Assembly: GCF_006345805.1 (NCBI RefSeq)
Contig: NC_043009.1
Span: 37,572,001 to 37,636,000 of the forward strand
Direction: 5' to 3'
DNA length: 64,000 nt
From: Octopus sinensis
Taxonomy: Eukaryota
The notes beneath the pieces were generated by a model, which saw nothing but the letters and a program-made list of their open reading frames with translations, did not search any database and was not told the DNA's origin. The position numbers and the translations under genes are program-made. This document shows, piece after piece, positions 23,951 through 38,059 of this stretch (within the stretch, counting starts at the first letter, position 1; each line of letters begins with the position of its first letter).

Positions 23951-25695
23951 TGTAATAACATGTGTCTGTCTGTGCGTCATGTATACAGAATAATAGACAG
24001 GCCGTCATGAGAACAAAATGTGTGTGTGTGTGTGTAAGCATAGATGTTGTTGATTATGTGCTACGTATGTCAGTTGATACCATCTCTGGCAAGGGCTTTG
24101 AAATAAAACCAAGAAGTTCCAGACACCCAGCTGAGTACTTGACAGACACTGACTTTGCTGACGATATCGCTCTTATCAGTGATTCTCTCTCCAATGCCCA
24201 ATCTCTTTTACAATCTCTTGAACAAGCCTCAAATTGTGTAGGTCTTTACCTCAATGAGGCCAAAACTGAATACATAAACAAGTGCCTGTCCAACAGTGAT
24301 TGCATCATCCATACTCTCAACAATGCGCCCTTAAATATGGTTTCTGATTATAAATATCTTGGGTCATTCATATCATCATCTGGAAAAGACTTTCTAACTA
24401 GAAAGGGTATGGCCTGGTCAGCCTGCAATGACATGCATAAGATCTGGTCATCAAATCTAAGTAGAGACTTCAAACTTGAAATCATCAAAGCCACAGTCGA
24501 ACCAATTCTACTATATGGCTCAGAAACCTGGACGTTATCAAAGAAGCTTGAGAGGCGGTTGGATGGAACCTACACTCGCCTCCTTATGAGAGCTCAAAAT
24601 CTCTCGTGGAAGCGCCATCCAACCAAAATGCAAATATATGGGAAACTACCAGCTGTATCATCTCTTGTGAAAGGTAGGAGAGTCCAGTTTGCTGGACATT
24701 GTTGTAGAGCTGAAAAAGAAGTAATTTCTACTCTTCTCCTCTGGAAGCCATCTACTCGCAATACCAGAGGGCGCACACTCTCCTACCCTGATGTAATCTC
24801 CAGGGATACAGGCATCCAGCAACAGGACCTCCGTAATGCCATGATGGACCGTGAAGTCTGGCGTAGCATGGTAAATTCCATTGTCTCGACCACGGTCGAA
24901 CAATGATGATGATGATAGATGTATGCACGTGTGAAGAACATAAGAATATCAATGAAGAAGGAGACAGTGAAAGAGTCTATTGCCATCGAAGTGAGAAATT
25001 CATAGATACAAGAATGAGAATACCAGTTCGTAGCCAATTGCACACGGTAGTTGAAATACTGTATCAAGAAATTGCTGCCATGATGCTGAGCCGGTTGGAG
25101 GTATATGTCATACGTGAAGTCGTGGCTGTGATGCAGCTGCCTGGGTCACTTAGTACAGGAGTTCTTGCAGGTTGTAAATTCACTGCTGATCCATGGTGAA
25201 GTCATTCACGAACAGAGAAGTGTTGAGACCTGGGTGAGTTGCTGGTTGAGCTGTGTACGTAGAGATGATGTTGACGACGTTGAAAACATGATGGTGGCGA
25301 CGAAGAAGACTGCCATAATGCTGTTGGATGAAGTTGATAAGTCTCAGCGTGGCTGCTGTGGTGTCGTCGCTGGAACTGGCTGTGTCTTGTGTGGTCAGTG
25401 GCTAGACCTAATTACGTCTGGAACCGAAAGACCTCGAGACGAGGAGAAGCTGGGTTTTTATAAGGGGCTGTAGGTTCAAAACTGGGTTGAGAACAGGCTG
25501 TCGCGGCTCAGATTGGTTATACGCAGCAAATTGGCGCGACAGAGTAAGAGACAAATTGCGCCAATACCAACCGATCAGAGTAGTGGACACAACGGGATCC
25601 AAACAGCGGCCAAAGACTAGCTGTTACCTGCTACGTTCGAATGCACGTATATATAATCAAGGGGAGAGAGAAATTTCACTCGAATGTACACTACA
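23951..25695 (-). mobile_element. Possible solo-LTR-like element hosting the RTE insertion
   Basis: TGTA...TACA termini; higher GC; CCAAT boxes and TATAAAA on the minus strand near 25457-25520; no TSD found. Confidence 0.3.
24048..24914 (+). mobile_element. 5'-truncated RTE-clade LINE with target-site duplication
   Basis: Open frame VDYVLRMS...DFADDIAL...YKYLGS...ILLYGSETWTL...DREVWRS to stop at 24906; (TGA)n tail; ATAGATGT at 24040-24047 and 24915-24922. Confidence 0.9.
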
Positions 25696-27160
25696 TCAGC
25701 AAAAACCTACACATCTCCTCTGTATGGGCCAACCCTTTAGCAATAATTTTTGTAATCACTTTAAGTAGTGTATGTGGAACTTCCGTCATGTCATCTGTGT
25801 TTTCAGCTTCTTTTTCTAACAACATTAGTTCCTCGTTTGATAAACTTACTCTCTGGGACACTAGCAACTCAATCACATTATCCTCTGACTTCTTCAGATC
25901 CTACATCCCTTGCAAATGTCAATATCTTTTCCAGTTTGATATAGTCTTTCTGCTTGAGAGAAACGTGTAACGTCGCGGATAGTCTGGCCGTATATTTTCC
26001 CAAGCAATATTCAAAGTTAAAGGTTTTAATTCATTCCATGATTCAGCTATCTTATCCACAGCATCCACAATGTTGTATTTCTTCCCCAAATCTCTCACTA
26101 TTTGTTTATCCTGCCTGTCATTTGCTTTCAGTTCTTATATAATATACCTTGAAGTTAGCTAATCATACTGCCAAATGTTGCCTGACGCTTCTCCCTCTTG
26201 TCGTGGAGATCATATCGTCGTTGGACTTTTTTTGTTGGGAGAAAGCTGTGTGTGCAGAATAACTCAAGGCAGTTCTCGAACATTTAACTTCAATATATAT
26301 TGCCGAACATATTGGTGTTGACTGTTTACAATGGAAGATGTTAATATAATTGCCGACAGGGAGGAGAGAAAAACCGCGCCATGTTTATAGAAGTTACTTA
26401 TGAGACATCATGGGAATGTTCAGAGTCAGTCTGTCCGAGAACCCGAAGTGTCTGCGCAAATGCCCCAAGTTGTCTGCTGGAATACCGGAGGTCATCGACA
26501 TGGCGAGAGATGAGGCGCGTGAATCAGTCGGCCGCTCTCAACATTCTGCCTTGAGTTAGGCGCCAAGCTAATTTTATGAGGCGACAATGGGTTAAATTCA
26601 AGAACATCCGACTCAGCCATATCACGCTGATTGGTCAATTTATAGATCGACCACTTTTAACTATGGCGGTTTATTTGTGGTGCCTAACCGAGTATCTAGC
26701 AGTTGGGATTCGAATTCTTGCTACAGCACCTTGATCCATTGGCTGGGGCAGAGACGTTGTATTCTTGGGATATATTCTATAATCACATCACCGAGAAAAT
26801 CATCTAAGTTTGCTGGGTGGCTCGGTGCATTGTCTAAAACAAGCAATGCTCTGTTGGAAATATGTCTGGCACAGTACTTTTCCAAGGCAGAACAAAAACA
26901 AAAAAAAGACCTTTGTAAATCACTCTTTGAAAAGGCTTTTAGTCATCCATGCCTTCTTATTTGAACGCCAAATCAGAGGTAGATTAAACTTTGTGTAACC
27001 CTTCAAAGGCCTTGGATTTTCGAGGCGATACATGAGCAGGGGTTTTAATTTCATATCACCAGCGGCATTTCCTCCTAAAAGATGTATCAGATGATTTTTG
27101 GAAGTTTTAAATCCTGCTGTTGATTTTTCTTCTCGATAAATGAAAGTTCCAGATAAGTGC
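25691..27160 (-). mobile_element. Degraded Tigger/pogo (DDE_1) transposase, split by an insertion at 26162-26719
   Basis: TFIYREEKSTAGFKTSK..LLGGNAAGDMKLKPLL..NPRPLK..WRSNKKAWMT, LLVLDNAPSHP, KNTTSLPQPMDQGAVA/NFKVYY, LSNEELMLLE; stops and frameshifts. Confidence 0.88.
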
Positions 27161-27378
27161 AGCTCCAACAACATTGTATACATGCTCTACATGATTACAC
27201 TAAGGTGGAGGATAAGATTATTTAGGCAATTTACCCCTTGCACTTCAGACTTAAGACATAAACACACACTCATGTATACACTTGTGTTGACGTACCTGCT
27301 GATATCTATTGTAGCCAGTTGGATTCAAAAGTTGGAGGGGTTATTAGTAGAGGTGATGTGGATTGCATTGGTTTAGAC

Positions 27379-27557
27379 CAGTGGTTTTCAACCAGGGTTC
27401 CGCAAGAAGTTACAAAACTGCTAAAATCGGCAGTAATTTATAATTCTCATGTGCAGATATGTGCGCATAAGACTATTAAATTATTGCACAGGGGTTCATC
27501 GAGCCAGTGGAATGTTTCCTTGGGGTTCCGCTCCAGCAAAAAGGTTGAAAAGCACTG
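27379..27557. mobile_element. hAT-Charlie-type MITE (179 bp)
   Basis: TIRs CAGTGGTTTTCAACC / GGTTGAAAAGCACTG; 8-bp TSD GTTTAGAC / GTTTAGAT. Confidence 0.88.
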
Positions 27558-29092
27558 GTTTAGATGCTAGTGTTGGTCATATTGTTCTTGTTAATTGTAT
27601 TGTTTTGGGTGTTTAAGTCTCAAGTTAATCCTCGTAGACATTAGATCAAAGGCATTTCATTCAACTTTTAAAATACACTAGGATGCGGTATTGTATATTT
27701 TTCTTTGAAATTGATTTGCCTATTTTTTTCATATTATATATTACCGTTGCTGTTAATGGTTGTGATGGTGTTGACGACAGAAACACATGCACACATACAT
27801 ACACACACTCTCTCTCTCTCTCTCTCACTCACACACGCCACATGTATATACTCACTTTATATACATTATAGATACATGAGTGTATGTGTGTAACATGTTT
27901 AAGGCTTTTTTTCTTTCAAATCGTTAACTATATACTTTGATCTTAACTAAAACACAAGTGACCGCTGAGCTAAGAAAGTGTAGCTTTAAATTGTTAAGTT
28001 GTATACAGGTATGCCTGCGTACAAAAAGTGAGAAAGCTGTTGCTTAGCACTTAAGTCAGCCTTGTGATCAAAAATGTTTCAGTTATGTCCATATCATGTT
28101 TTTGTATATCTTTTACTTTTTACTTGTTTCAGTCATTGGACTACGGCCATGCTGGGGCACCACCTTGAAAGGTTTTAGTTCATTTTCAAAAAAAAAAATT
28201 GATATTCTATCAATCCTTTTGTTGAACTGCTACTTTACGGAGACGTAAACAAACAACACCGGTTGTCAAGCGTTGTATGCGCGCGCGCGTGCAGGGGGGG
28301 GGGGCAGACATAGCGCAAACACACACACGCACATACATCAGACGAGCTTTCACACAATTTCTGTTTACCAAATTCCCCCACAAGGAATTGTTCGGCCGGG
28401 GGCTATAGTAGAAGACACTTGCCCAAGGTGCCGCACAGTAGGACTGACCCCGAAACGAGTAGTTGCAATGCAAGCTTTTTAACCACAAAGCCATGTCTGC
28501 ATGTATCTAGAACTTTAGTGTCTAATTTGTCCTTCATTTTATAAGACAGCAGAGGCGTGTGGTTTGAGGGAAATTTGGCTCTTATGTCTAGCAAGTTTGG
28601 GCGATCACATTGAGGCTTCCCGTCCTTTTTTGCTCGAAATATCATATAATTGGTTATTGTTTATCCCAGGTTGAACAAACTTAATGATCAGTGTAATCCA
28701 ACCGTGAAATCCAGGTTTTTCGTACATTCTATGGTTACATCGTCAGATATGTACTTCATTTAGGACACCATGTTTATGAGTAGAAGGCGTATTTGATGGA
28801 GAATTAATTGGCTGCTATTTCTAGAGTCATTACATGAAGATCTCCCCTCATTAGTTGTTGTTTAGCCTATGATTGAAAGCATTCCAACCGTGACCATTCC
28901 ATCTTTTTTGCATGGTTTAAGACTAGATAGAGCGATCAGTGCTTCCCATATGAAGCAAGTAATATACAAAAAATAGACTTGGCTTTCCAGAGTAAGCGAA
29001 ACGATTAAGTAACAGCATGATAGATATTTTTGCTTTCTTTTCTCATCAGCATTATTTAGTTATCTTACGAAGTTAAAAAGATATTTCTCTGT

Positions 29093-29130
<38 letters not shown>

Positions 29131-30114
29131 GCATACAAGTAGGCAGCCCAAGTGGCAGAGACGAAAGATTGCCCAAGTAATTGTAAACTGACAACTCTTA
29201 TTTAAAAGTTTTACGGATAATGTGTGTGTGTACACGAAATGCTCTATTTTCTTTGATGCAAGCTTCATAATTTTACTCAATGATACTGTTGAGAAATGAC
29301 GGTCGTGAGAGCCTACTTTTAAGCAATTACTTGTTCGTTTCGCTTACTCTGAATAGCCATGTCTATTTTTGTATATTCCCGGTTTCATTTATAACCTCGC
29401 ACTTATATGTACCTAAAAGTGAAAGATTGGTTTGTATTGTTCTATTCGTCTTTCAGTTTTTAGGATGGTGGTCGTAAGATGTGTGACTTGAGGGAGAGTT
29501 TACTGCTATTTCTAGTATAGTGAGGGATCACAGAACCATTCTTTCTCATCGGTTGTTGGGAGTTCTACTCCACTGAAGTCTCGTCTGTTGGTTTGTTTAA
29601 TCTCGTGAAGGTGAGACTTGAGACGTGAAGCTGTTTCCCTTCAACGCCATGTTGTAAACTGTGTGTTGTGGGACCTTTACAATATATATATATATGTATA
29701 CATACATATGTATATATATATTTTATAAAACAACACCATCAGCATCATACTGTTAGGGCTTTTTTTTTTCAAAGAGAAAACAAGAAGAAAACCCTAACAA
29801 AACCATGTGATAATTGTACTTTATATTATTATACTATCCAAACAAGAAAAGGACATCTTGTGTGTGCAACATTGCAGTTACCTACTACCGACTCATTTTA
29901 CATCATCGTTGAATTTTTACCGAAAAGATACATATTACATAACATAAACAGCATAATATAATATTATACATGCTACATATATGTCCGAATAGCACTTAAT
30001 TTATTTGCTCTATAACATTAAACACACACATACACTTCCAAAACTTCACCTGGTTCCCTATTTATTTTTACCGCCACAGGTTTACTCATTTCCCTCTCTC
30101 TACATACATACACT

Positions 30115-30144
30115 TCTCTAATATATATATATAATATATATATA

Positions 30145-30189
<45 letters not shown>

Positions 30190-30260
30190 CCCCCGTCCTT
30201 CATTTAATTTTCCATTACCTTATTGAGATATATATATAGAGAGAGATAGATAGATATATA
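30115..30260. repeat. (TA)n and (GA)n microsatellites just upstream of the RBM26 ATG
   Basis: Direct inspection. Confidence 0.9.
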
Positions 30261-30327
30261 TGCCTTTTGTTGTTGGTTGTACCTGTACAACCTGACTCCG
30301 ATCGGAAAAGTGGGAGCAAGGAAAAAG

Positions 30328-30386
30328 ATGATTATCGAAAATGTGGAGGCTTTGAAAACTTGGTTGACAAAAACCCTTTCCCCCAT
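30328..30386 (+). CDS. RBM26: RBM26/27 coding exon 1
   Basis: MIIENVEALKTWLTKTLSP matches the conserved RBM26/27 N-terminus; AT|gtaagc. Confidence 0.9.
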
Positions 30387-31969
30387 GTAAGCATCTTTTC
30401 AATATTCTCTTTTGTATTTTGACAATTGATCTTCGTTATGTTTTGTCTACATTTCAACATCTAGTCTCATATCTATGTATTTATGTATAGGCAGTTTGTG
30501 GTGTGTTGTTTAATCCAAGGTCAGCTTTGATCGAGCAAACTTGATCAAAGGTGTTCCCCCAGCCACTACTATAGTTTTTTGGGTTTTTTTCAAACACAAC
30601 AGCATGTACCTAGAACTGCCACAACCAACATGTCCTTTTTTGTGTTGTGTAGAAAGCATGCTGAGATTAAAGGTAAATTTAACTATTATTTCTAACAGAG
30701 CAATCGACCACGTTGAAGTCTTTCTGCCGGTTCGAACAACCGGTTGTGTAGCTCCGATCCAGCAGACTCATAATCGAAAGCTCTAAGGTGTGATTTGAGG
30801 ACTCTGCTGCTATTTTTTTTGATTTAACAGGTCAAACGTTTTTACTCTAAGGTAGAAGCTGTCCTCGCTACATTTAAAATAATGCTTAGTGGCGTCACAA
30901 ATATTGTACAGGCGGTTCCAAATGCCCAAATATTAAGGGGACATGATTTACTAAAAACCTTAACCCCAAATCGACCTTGATCGCGCATACCTATATCCCA
31001 AAGCATTCTACTTATGGCCATATCGGTAGTATATGTACTCCAGAGTGATGCATCAATTTACCCCTTCCATCTTTTTTAAGCAGCAGAATGATTTGAGGTG
31101 GGAGCTATGCTGCTGTTTCTAGCGATTCAGTCGACTTCGTTGGCTTGTGGTGTTGAGCATTGTATCAGGCCTTGTGGTGTCTGATAGATTTTCTGGACAT
31201 GACTGTCACGTTTAATTTCTAGACATATGTATCTAGGATTGCACTGCCGATTACACGGTATATTGTGATTTGAGAGATATTTTTAGTAAATCTAGTATGT
31301 CGAAGCTTCTTCGTAGGAGATGGTTGACATTTCATTGGGAATGTCTTTTATATTCGTTGCGGAAAGAAAAATCCTCTTTTGGGATAGAGGGATGTTTGTG
31401 ATTGAACTGCAGTTGTTAAAATAAGGTCTTGACTAGTGGTGGAAAAGGTAGATTAACAGAAATAATTACGAAAGGTTCGACAGAGAAATCCAAGGACCAC
31501 GTCTTCAGAGATGTGAGAGAATTATAGGTAGAAAAAAAAATTATCAAGAGAAGTAATTCCCCAGACATTCTTGATACTAATATTTTTAAACATTCATGTA
31601 TATCTTGAGCGCGTATTATATTATACATATATATATGATACAGTTTTATGGTAACGTCGTTATATTTTAAATTGAAATTTTGCACTGATCTTTTTTGGTT
31701 TTTGGTCCCAACTCCCTTCCTTTCATTTTTATATTCGAATTTATTTTTGATAAATATTTCCATATAGTATATGTGTATGCTTGTCTAACCAAACCGAATC
31801 AACAAAAAAATATTCCTTGCTCAGTGTTGATCAAACAGATACGAAAGGCGTTCTGTGAGTGACCACTCCATCTTTTTTATTTAGAATTGTCTAGCTTTAC
31901 ATTATCACATTGTGTTCTTTCTTCTAAGACAGAAGAGTGTGATTTGAGGATTTGGTTGCAAGTCAAAGC

Positions 31970-34270
31970 GACAGACAAGTTACAGTTTCTTTTCTATATG
32001 TAACTGGCTGTGTCTGCCTATCAAAATATCTCTGTCGAACCCCCTCAAACCTGCTACAAATATTAGATCACACTGTTTGATCCCTCCTACCAAACTCATA
32101 TTAGTAACATTGCCAAAACTGCATTCCAAAGACTGAACTAGTGTTCTCTTTTAAGACCAAAAAAAATACTTTCAGTTTTGATCAATTATTAATCCTTTAT
32201 GAAGATGAAATGCAACCAACATTGGTGCCCTTTCAAAGTCTTAAAATCTTTCAATTCTATTCAACTAGTTGATTCTTTATAAACGCCTAGTATGACCTAC
32301 ATTAAAGTATGAGACACTGGTGTTGCTAACAACAACAAAAAACATCTCATTCCCCAAAACTTCATTGTCACCGACCCATAATGTATTGTTTCTGCTTTTC
32401 TGAATTAACAAACTTTGTGCTGACAACTCAACTTTACTTAATACATTTGCTTCTCTTTCATGCAAACTCTGTTTAGTCTCATACCCCTCCTCTACTAAAT
32501 ACTTTGTCCAATATTTCCTTCTCAGAAGGTCCAATCTTATGGACAATCCCTATCTCTGCATCTATCAGACTGTCTGATGACTACTTTTTTATGGTCACTC
32601 ACCACACATTCGCATTCTACATAATGACTAGTCAGTGCTCTGCTAGTTCTGTACTAACTATACCTGGCAATGCATAAAATCTTCATCGTTTTGAAATATC
32701 AGAAACAACTAGGCAGGTGATTAAGACCATCCTCATAGGTATGCCCTTCCACGTTTCACACTAAACAAAAATTCACAGCCTCCAATATTTTCTTCTCGAG
32801 TTGTTCATTCGTAGCTTTGCTGTAGCATTTCAAGAAAGAACATGGGCTACAATGTTTGGTAAACGCAACATGGCTTTTACTCAGCACTAGAACTCCTGCA
32901 AGACCATCATCCAAACCACAAAAAATGCATCCTTTTTTGTTTTGGATGATGTCTTGCCCCTTATTCTTTATGGTCCCTTTTTAAAAGGATCTCAGCTAAA
33001 ATCCTCATTTCCTCCACTTTGTACCCATGTTGGCTGAGTGCATTGTATTCGTGAAGAAATACTCCACATTTGCTGTCCACATGTTACTAAGTAAATCTCC
33101 AAAAATTTCCTTTTCTATTCCCATAGAATCCTCATCACATACTTGGTATGCCAAAATCAAAAGTACCTCCAGTTGCTTCAAACCAGCTGGACCACTGATC
33201 CTAACAAATTCCCTGCCATTCACCTCTAATATTATGCCCCAAAGCTAACACTTATTTTCACCAAACTCTTCAATGTATGTGTCTCTTTCTCTCTCCACGG
33301 GCATATATCCTTAATTTTAGGAACCTGCTAGTGTGTCCTTTTTATAAGAAAGGCAACCTTTCTAAACCTGTCAACTACTGTCCTGTATCTTTCACTTCCA
33401 ATATCTCAAAGATAGAGAAAGTTATTAGCAACAACTTTCTCCAGCACTTTGAATCTCTTGTGCCTTAACGATAGTGCTTTTGTGAAACCATATTTACCAG
33501 AGATCTATTCACTGATATCACTCTCCTGTGGGCTCTCCCTCAAAACATTTAGTGAAAGCATTGTTATCCGTAACATTAGCAAAGCTCTCAACTATGTTTG
33601 ATATATGTATCACTGGTATGCTTGCATATATTCTCTATCCATCTCATTCAGTCATATTTGACTATAGAGTGGTATATTATTCTTCATTCCTCTCTTAACC
33701 TTCTGTACCTAACTACCATCTTAGAGACTGTACCTGATCTTAGAGACTATATCGTCATGAACAGAGACTATGAAAACATCCGTCAATGATATGACGTGTT
33801 GCATAAAAACGCAGTTTCTGCATATTTCAAGAAAACATTGCCTAGAACATGAACACTCATGATCACTTCAAATGCTAGTTGCATCATTACTGAAGATTTC
33901 TCTTTGCCAAGGCTGCATCTCAAAGAGTAATTTTTATCCCTCTTCAGAACCAAAAAATACTTTAGTTCCCTCTTCCTAGCAATAACTAACCCTCTACAAA
34001 ACTCAAGTGAGCTCAACAGTGAGGTAATACTCCCACATCTGGATGGGGGTGTTGTGATACATATAGAGATCAAAAGAAAGACCACTTGAAAGATTGGTGT
34101 AAAAGTTCTACACTAACACAGTCTCTAACCCCTTTCTACTTCTTCATCAATGGCCTCTGTCCTTCTGAGCTGGTTAATCTCATGGAACTCCAACTTTGTC
34201 TTATTGAACTCTATAATCTCTCCTGTCTTGTCACCTATAATGTGCCCTCCTATCCTCACCCCAATGCTGC
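31970..34270 (+). mobile_element. Old CR1/Jockey-group LINE remnants
   Basis: FYKKGNLSKPVNYCPVSFTSNISK (RT motif), AKAASQR..RTKKYF, GLCPSEL fragments; heavily disrupted. Confidence 0.6.
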
Positions 34271-35502
34271 ACTAACCATTTTACTTGGTCTTTATGGTCT
34301 GAGTTCAAATTCTGCTGAAGTTGACTTTGCCTTTCATCCTTTCCTGGTTGTTAAAATAAGTGCCAGTCAAACACTGGGGCTCTGATATAATTGACTTATC
34401 CTCTCCTTTGAAATTGCTGACCTTGTGCCAAAATTTGAAATCTATTCATTTCTCCTACATTACTTCAGTTCACCTAGTTGCAGAAACTATGTGTCTTCTT
34501 TTTATCATTTACTTCTTTTAGTCATTGGACTGCAGCCCTGGTGGGGCACTGCCTTGAAGGGATTTTGTCAAATAAATTGACTCTAGTACACATTCTATCA
34601 GGTTCTTTTTTTTTGCTGAATTCTTAAGCTATGGCTATATAAACAAACCAACACTGGTTGCCAAGCAGTGTAGCAGGACAAATGCAAACACAGATACACA
34701 TAAATGAAGGGCTGCCACACAGTTTCTGTCTACCATATCCATTCACAAAACATTGGTTGGTCTGGGGCTATAGTAGAAGACACTTACACAAAGTACTGCA
34801 CAGTGAGACTGAACTTGAAACCATGTGGTTGTAAAGCAGGTTCCTTAACCACGTAGTCATACCTGCATCTATAACCATGCCTTTTTTGAGAAGTTAGCTG
34901 CATCTTATCCAGGAAAAGAATTATTGCCAAACACTGTTACAAAAACAGAGTTAGCTTATTTATGGATCATTATCATTAATGTTGATGTTTTTGTTTAACC
35001 CCAGTAGACCTATCACCAGAATTCAACTTGTGGTTGTCTCTATTATTTTTTTTAAGGTTAAGAGTATTTCAGACTGCAATATATCAACAATACATATTTT
35101 TTGGTAAGGTGTGATTTGAGTGAGGTTTTGTTGCTATTTCTAGCACATCAAGCAATCACATAGTGGTTTCCTCTTTGGCTTCTGTTTTATATTTTTTATT
35201 GTAGACTTTGCTGATTGTCTTTTGCTTATGTCCCAACTATTTGTTGTTAATGTGTTCTTATGACTTTATATTTTATGTTATTTTTCTACTCCGTTGTTTA
35301 TATCACAAATAATTTTCTACTTTTAACTTTTAAATCACATATTTATGGACAGATGTTTATATTTGTCTCTGTAATTAGGTTATATTATATTTGTATAATG
35401 TTTTGTAAATATGTCAGATGAGGAAAGTCTGTGCTTGTGACATCTTGATATATCTGCGTGTGTGTGTGTGTGTATGTTTATATATATATATATATATATA
35501 CA

Positions 35503-35738
35503 CTTTATTTAAAGCAGCAGAAAATTCAACAAAACCTGTTACTCTGAGTTTCACATTGCCGTTCATCGGACAGTTTTTGCTAGAATCTAGCAAAAACTGT
35601 CCAATGAACGGCAACGTGAAACTCAGAGTAACAGGTTTTGTTGAATTTTCTGCTGCTTTAAATAAAGCATATTACTCTACCACTGGTATTTGAGTACTCT
35701 TTTTTCCACCTTGTTTCACATTTATGTGTTTACTCCGG
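35503..35738. mobile_element. Inverted pair of Penelope 3' terminal repeats (165-bp palindrome plus tail) inserted in (TA)n
   Basis: 82-bp arms (35503-35584 and 35586-35667) with 2 mismatches; right arm matches 63194-63275; each arm carries the hammerhead with a mutated core (CCGATGA / CCAATGA). Confidence 0.85.
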
Positions 35739-35801
<63 letters not shown>

Positions 35802-36236
35802 CATATACATACATCGTTGTTTTAGCATCTACTTTTCCATGTTTGCATGGTTAGACGAAATTTTTACAGGCAGATTTTCTACCTCTAGGTGCTCTTTCTG
35901 TCACTAACCCTCACCTATTTCCAAATAAGTTAATATTTTCCTCCCAGTCTTGGTATGTTTGTATAGAACATTTCAAATACCACCACTTCTATGATGACGA
36001 TACTTGCATTGTCAGGACAAGGACATACAGGCACACATATATATATACATACACATACAACTAGCTTCATTTCAGTGTCCATTTAGCAAGTTTGTTCGCA
36101 AGGCTTTGGTTGTCTTGTGGCTATTGTTGAAGACACTTGCCCAAGAGGTGATGTGAGATTGAATCCCAAACCATATGGATTCAAAGTGAACTTCTAAGCC
36201 ATACAGCCGTGTTTGTGCTTATATATACATACATAT

Positions 36237-36530
36237 ATCACGTGATCAAGTGACCGACCAGACCATCAGATGTCGTTACACATCGCTGGTCACAATGCGT
36301 TCGCATTGTTTTAGCCTTCGAATGACGCCACCCCGCTGGCTAAGCGAGCAGGCCAATAGAAGAAAGAGTGGTGAAAGAGTACAGCAGGGATCACCACCCC
36401 CTGCCAGAGCCTCGTGGAGCTTTTAAGTGTTTTCGCTCAATAAACACTCACAACGCCTGGTCTGGGAATCAAAACCGCGATCCTATGACTGCGAGTCCGC
36501 TGCCCTAACTACTGGGCCATTGCGCCTCCA
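36237..36530 (-). mobile_element. tRNA-derived SINE sharing its 5' half with 5308-5598 but with a different 3' tail
   Basis: Shared GGAGGC.CA.TGGCC.AGT..TTAG.GCAG..GACTCGCAG...GCTCCACG head; 3' part differs. Confidence 0.7.
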
Positions 36531-36537
36531 CACATAC

Positions 36538-36573
<36 letters not shown>

Positions 36574-38059
36574 TGTAAACATCATCTTCATGTCCTGTTT
36601 TCTATGCTAACAAATTGGACAAGACTTGTTGAGGCCTGTTTTTTCATTGCATGACCTTCCTGTCACCTACCCTTTGTTGCCTGCTATGACAAGTAGAGAT
36701 ACAGTGTGCTTTGTATAAATACACACACACTCACACACACATATATTATATATATTACATATACATACATACATATATGTATGTGTGTGTGTGCAGACAT
36801 GGCTGTATAGTTAAAAAGTTTGCTTCTCAGTTATATTTATGGTTTTAAGTTCAGTCTCACTGTGCCATTGCAGGCAAGTGTATTCTACTGAAGTCTCGAG
36901 CCGGTCACAGTAGATTTGGTTGATGGAAACCAAAAGAAGGCCTTCATATATGTGTGTATGTGGGTGTTTGTGCTTCTTTGCCATGACATAATGTGATATT
37001 CATAAATAAACGTTAGCACGCCGGGCAAAATGCGTAACCGTATTTCGTCTGCCGTTACGTTCTGAGTTCAAATTCCGCCGAGGTCGACTTTGCCTTTCAT
37101 CCTTTCGGGGTCGATAAATTAAGTACCAGTTATGCACTGGGGGTCGATGTAATTGACTTAATACCTATGTCTGTCCTTGTTTGTCCCCTCTGTTTAGCTC
37201 CTTGTGGGTAATAAAGAAATAGGTATCATTTGTTTCCAATCTTCTGTACAAGCATGTCCAGCTATGGAGAATATTACCTTGTATGGGAACAGATGAGGGT
37301 TGCCAACAGGAGGATATCTGCCTTGATTTGATAAATTCCATCAGACATATGCGAGTAAAGTAAAGTAGATGTTAAAATGATATTCCAGCTACCAAATTCT
37401 AATCGCATAGCTTTGTTCAATTCAATGATATGACTCAAGATACTTTCTCAGAGTGCTATGCAGTAGTATGAAACCCAGTACTGTGTGGCTGTAAAGCAAA
37501 TTTAACCACAGCCAAACTTGTAGCCTATGTAGTGTCTTCTTGACCCCATATCAGTGTAGATTTTGAGCAGGTTTATGATTGAAAACATCCAAACCTTGAC
37601 TATCCTGTCATTTGTAGTTGGGAGTATCTAGAACTACATTGTGAAATGTTATTCTTGCCTTGTTTAACCTTTTAGCATTTAAATTGGCCATATCCGGGCA
37701 AAATATTCTACTGGTTTTATGTTCAAATCTGCTAAATCTAGCCTCTCATATTTACACTACAATGTTATTTTTAAAATAACCAATCACTGAAATCTGGAAA
37801 CTATGAGATAATGCATTAGTAATTGAAAACAGTATGAATAAACAAGCATTACATTTGACAGAGTGATCTGAATGTTAAAGGATTAAGGCTGTAAGACGTG
37901 ATTTGGAGGGGGTTTTGCTGCTGTTTCTAGCGAGTCAAATGACTGTAGAATCTCTCATTTGCAACCTTTTGTTGTATTTGTGTATAATGGGTAATAATTG
38001 AATTTGTGTATAGTGGGTAATAAATTGAATTTCATGACTTTTGTTTCCTTCCTTCATAG

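Noticed and set aside
23940-25715. Terminal inverted repeats defining a DNA transposon
   Set aside because: The right-hand match overlaps Tigger coding sequence (EEMCRFLLM) and no TSD is present.
28700-28751. CTGACGA...GAAA on the minus strand as a hammerhead
   Set aside because: Stem I cannot form and stem II is weak.
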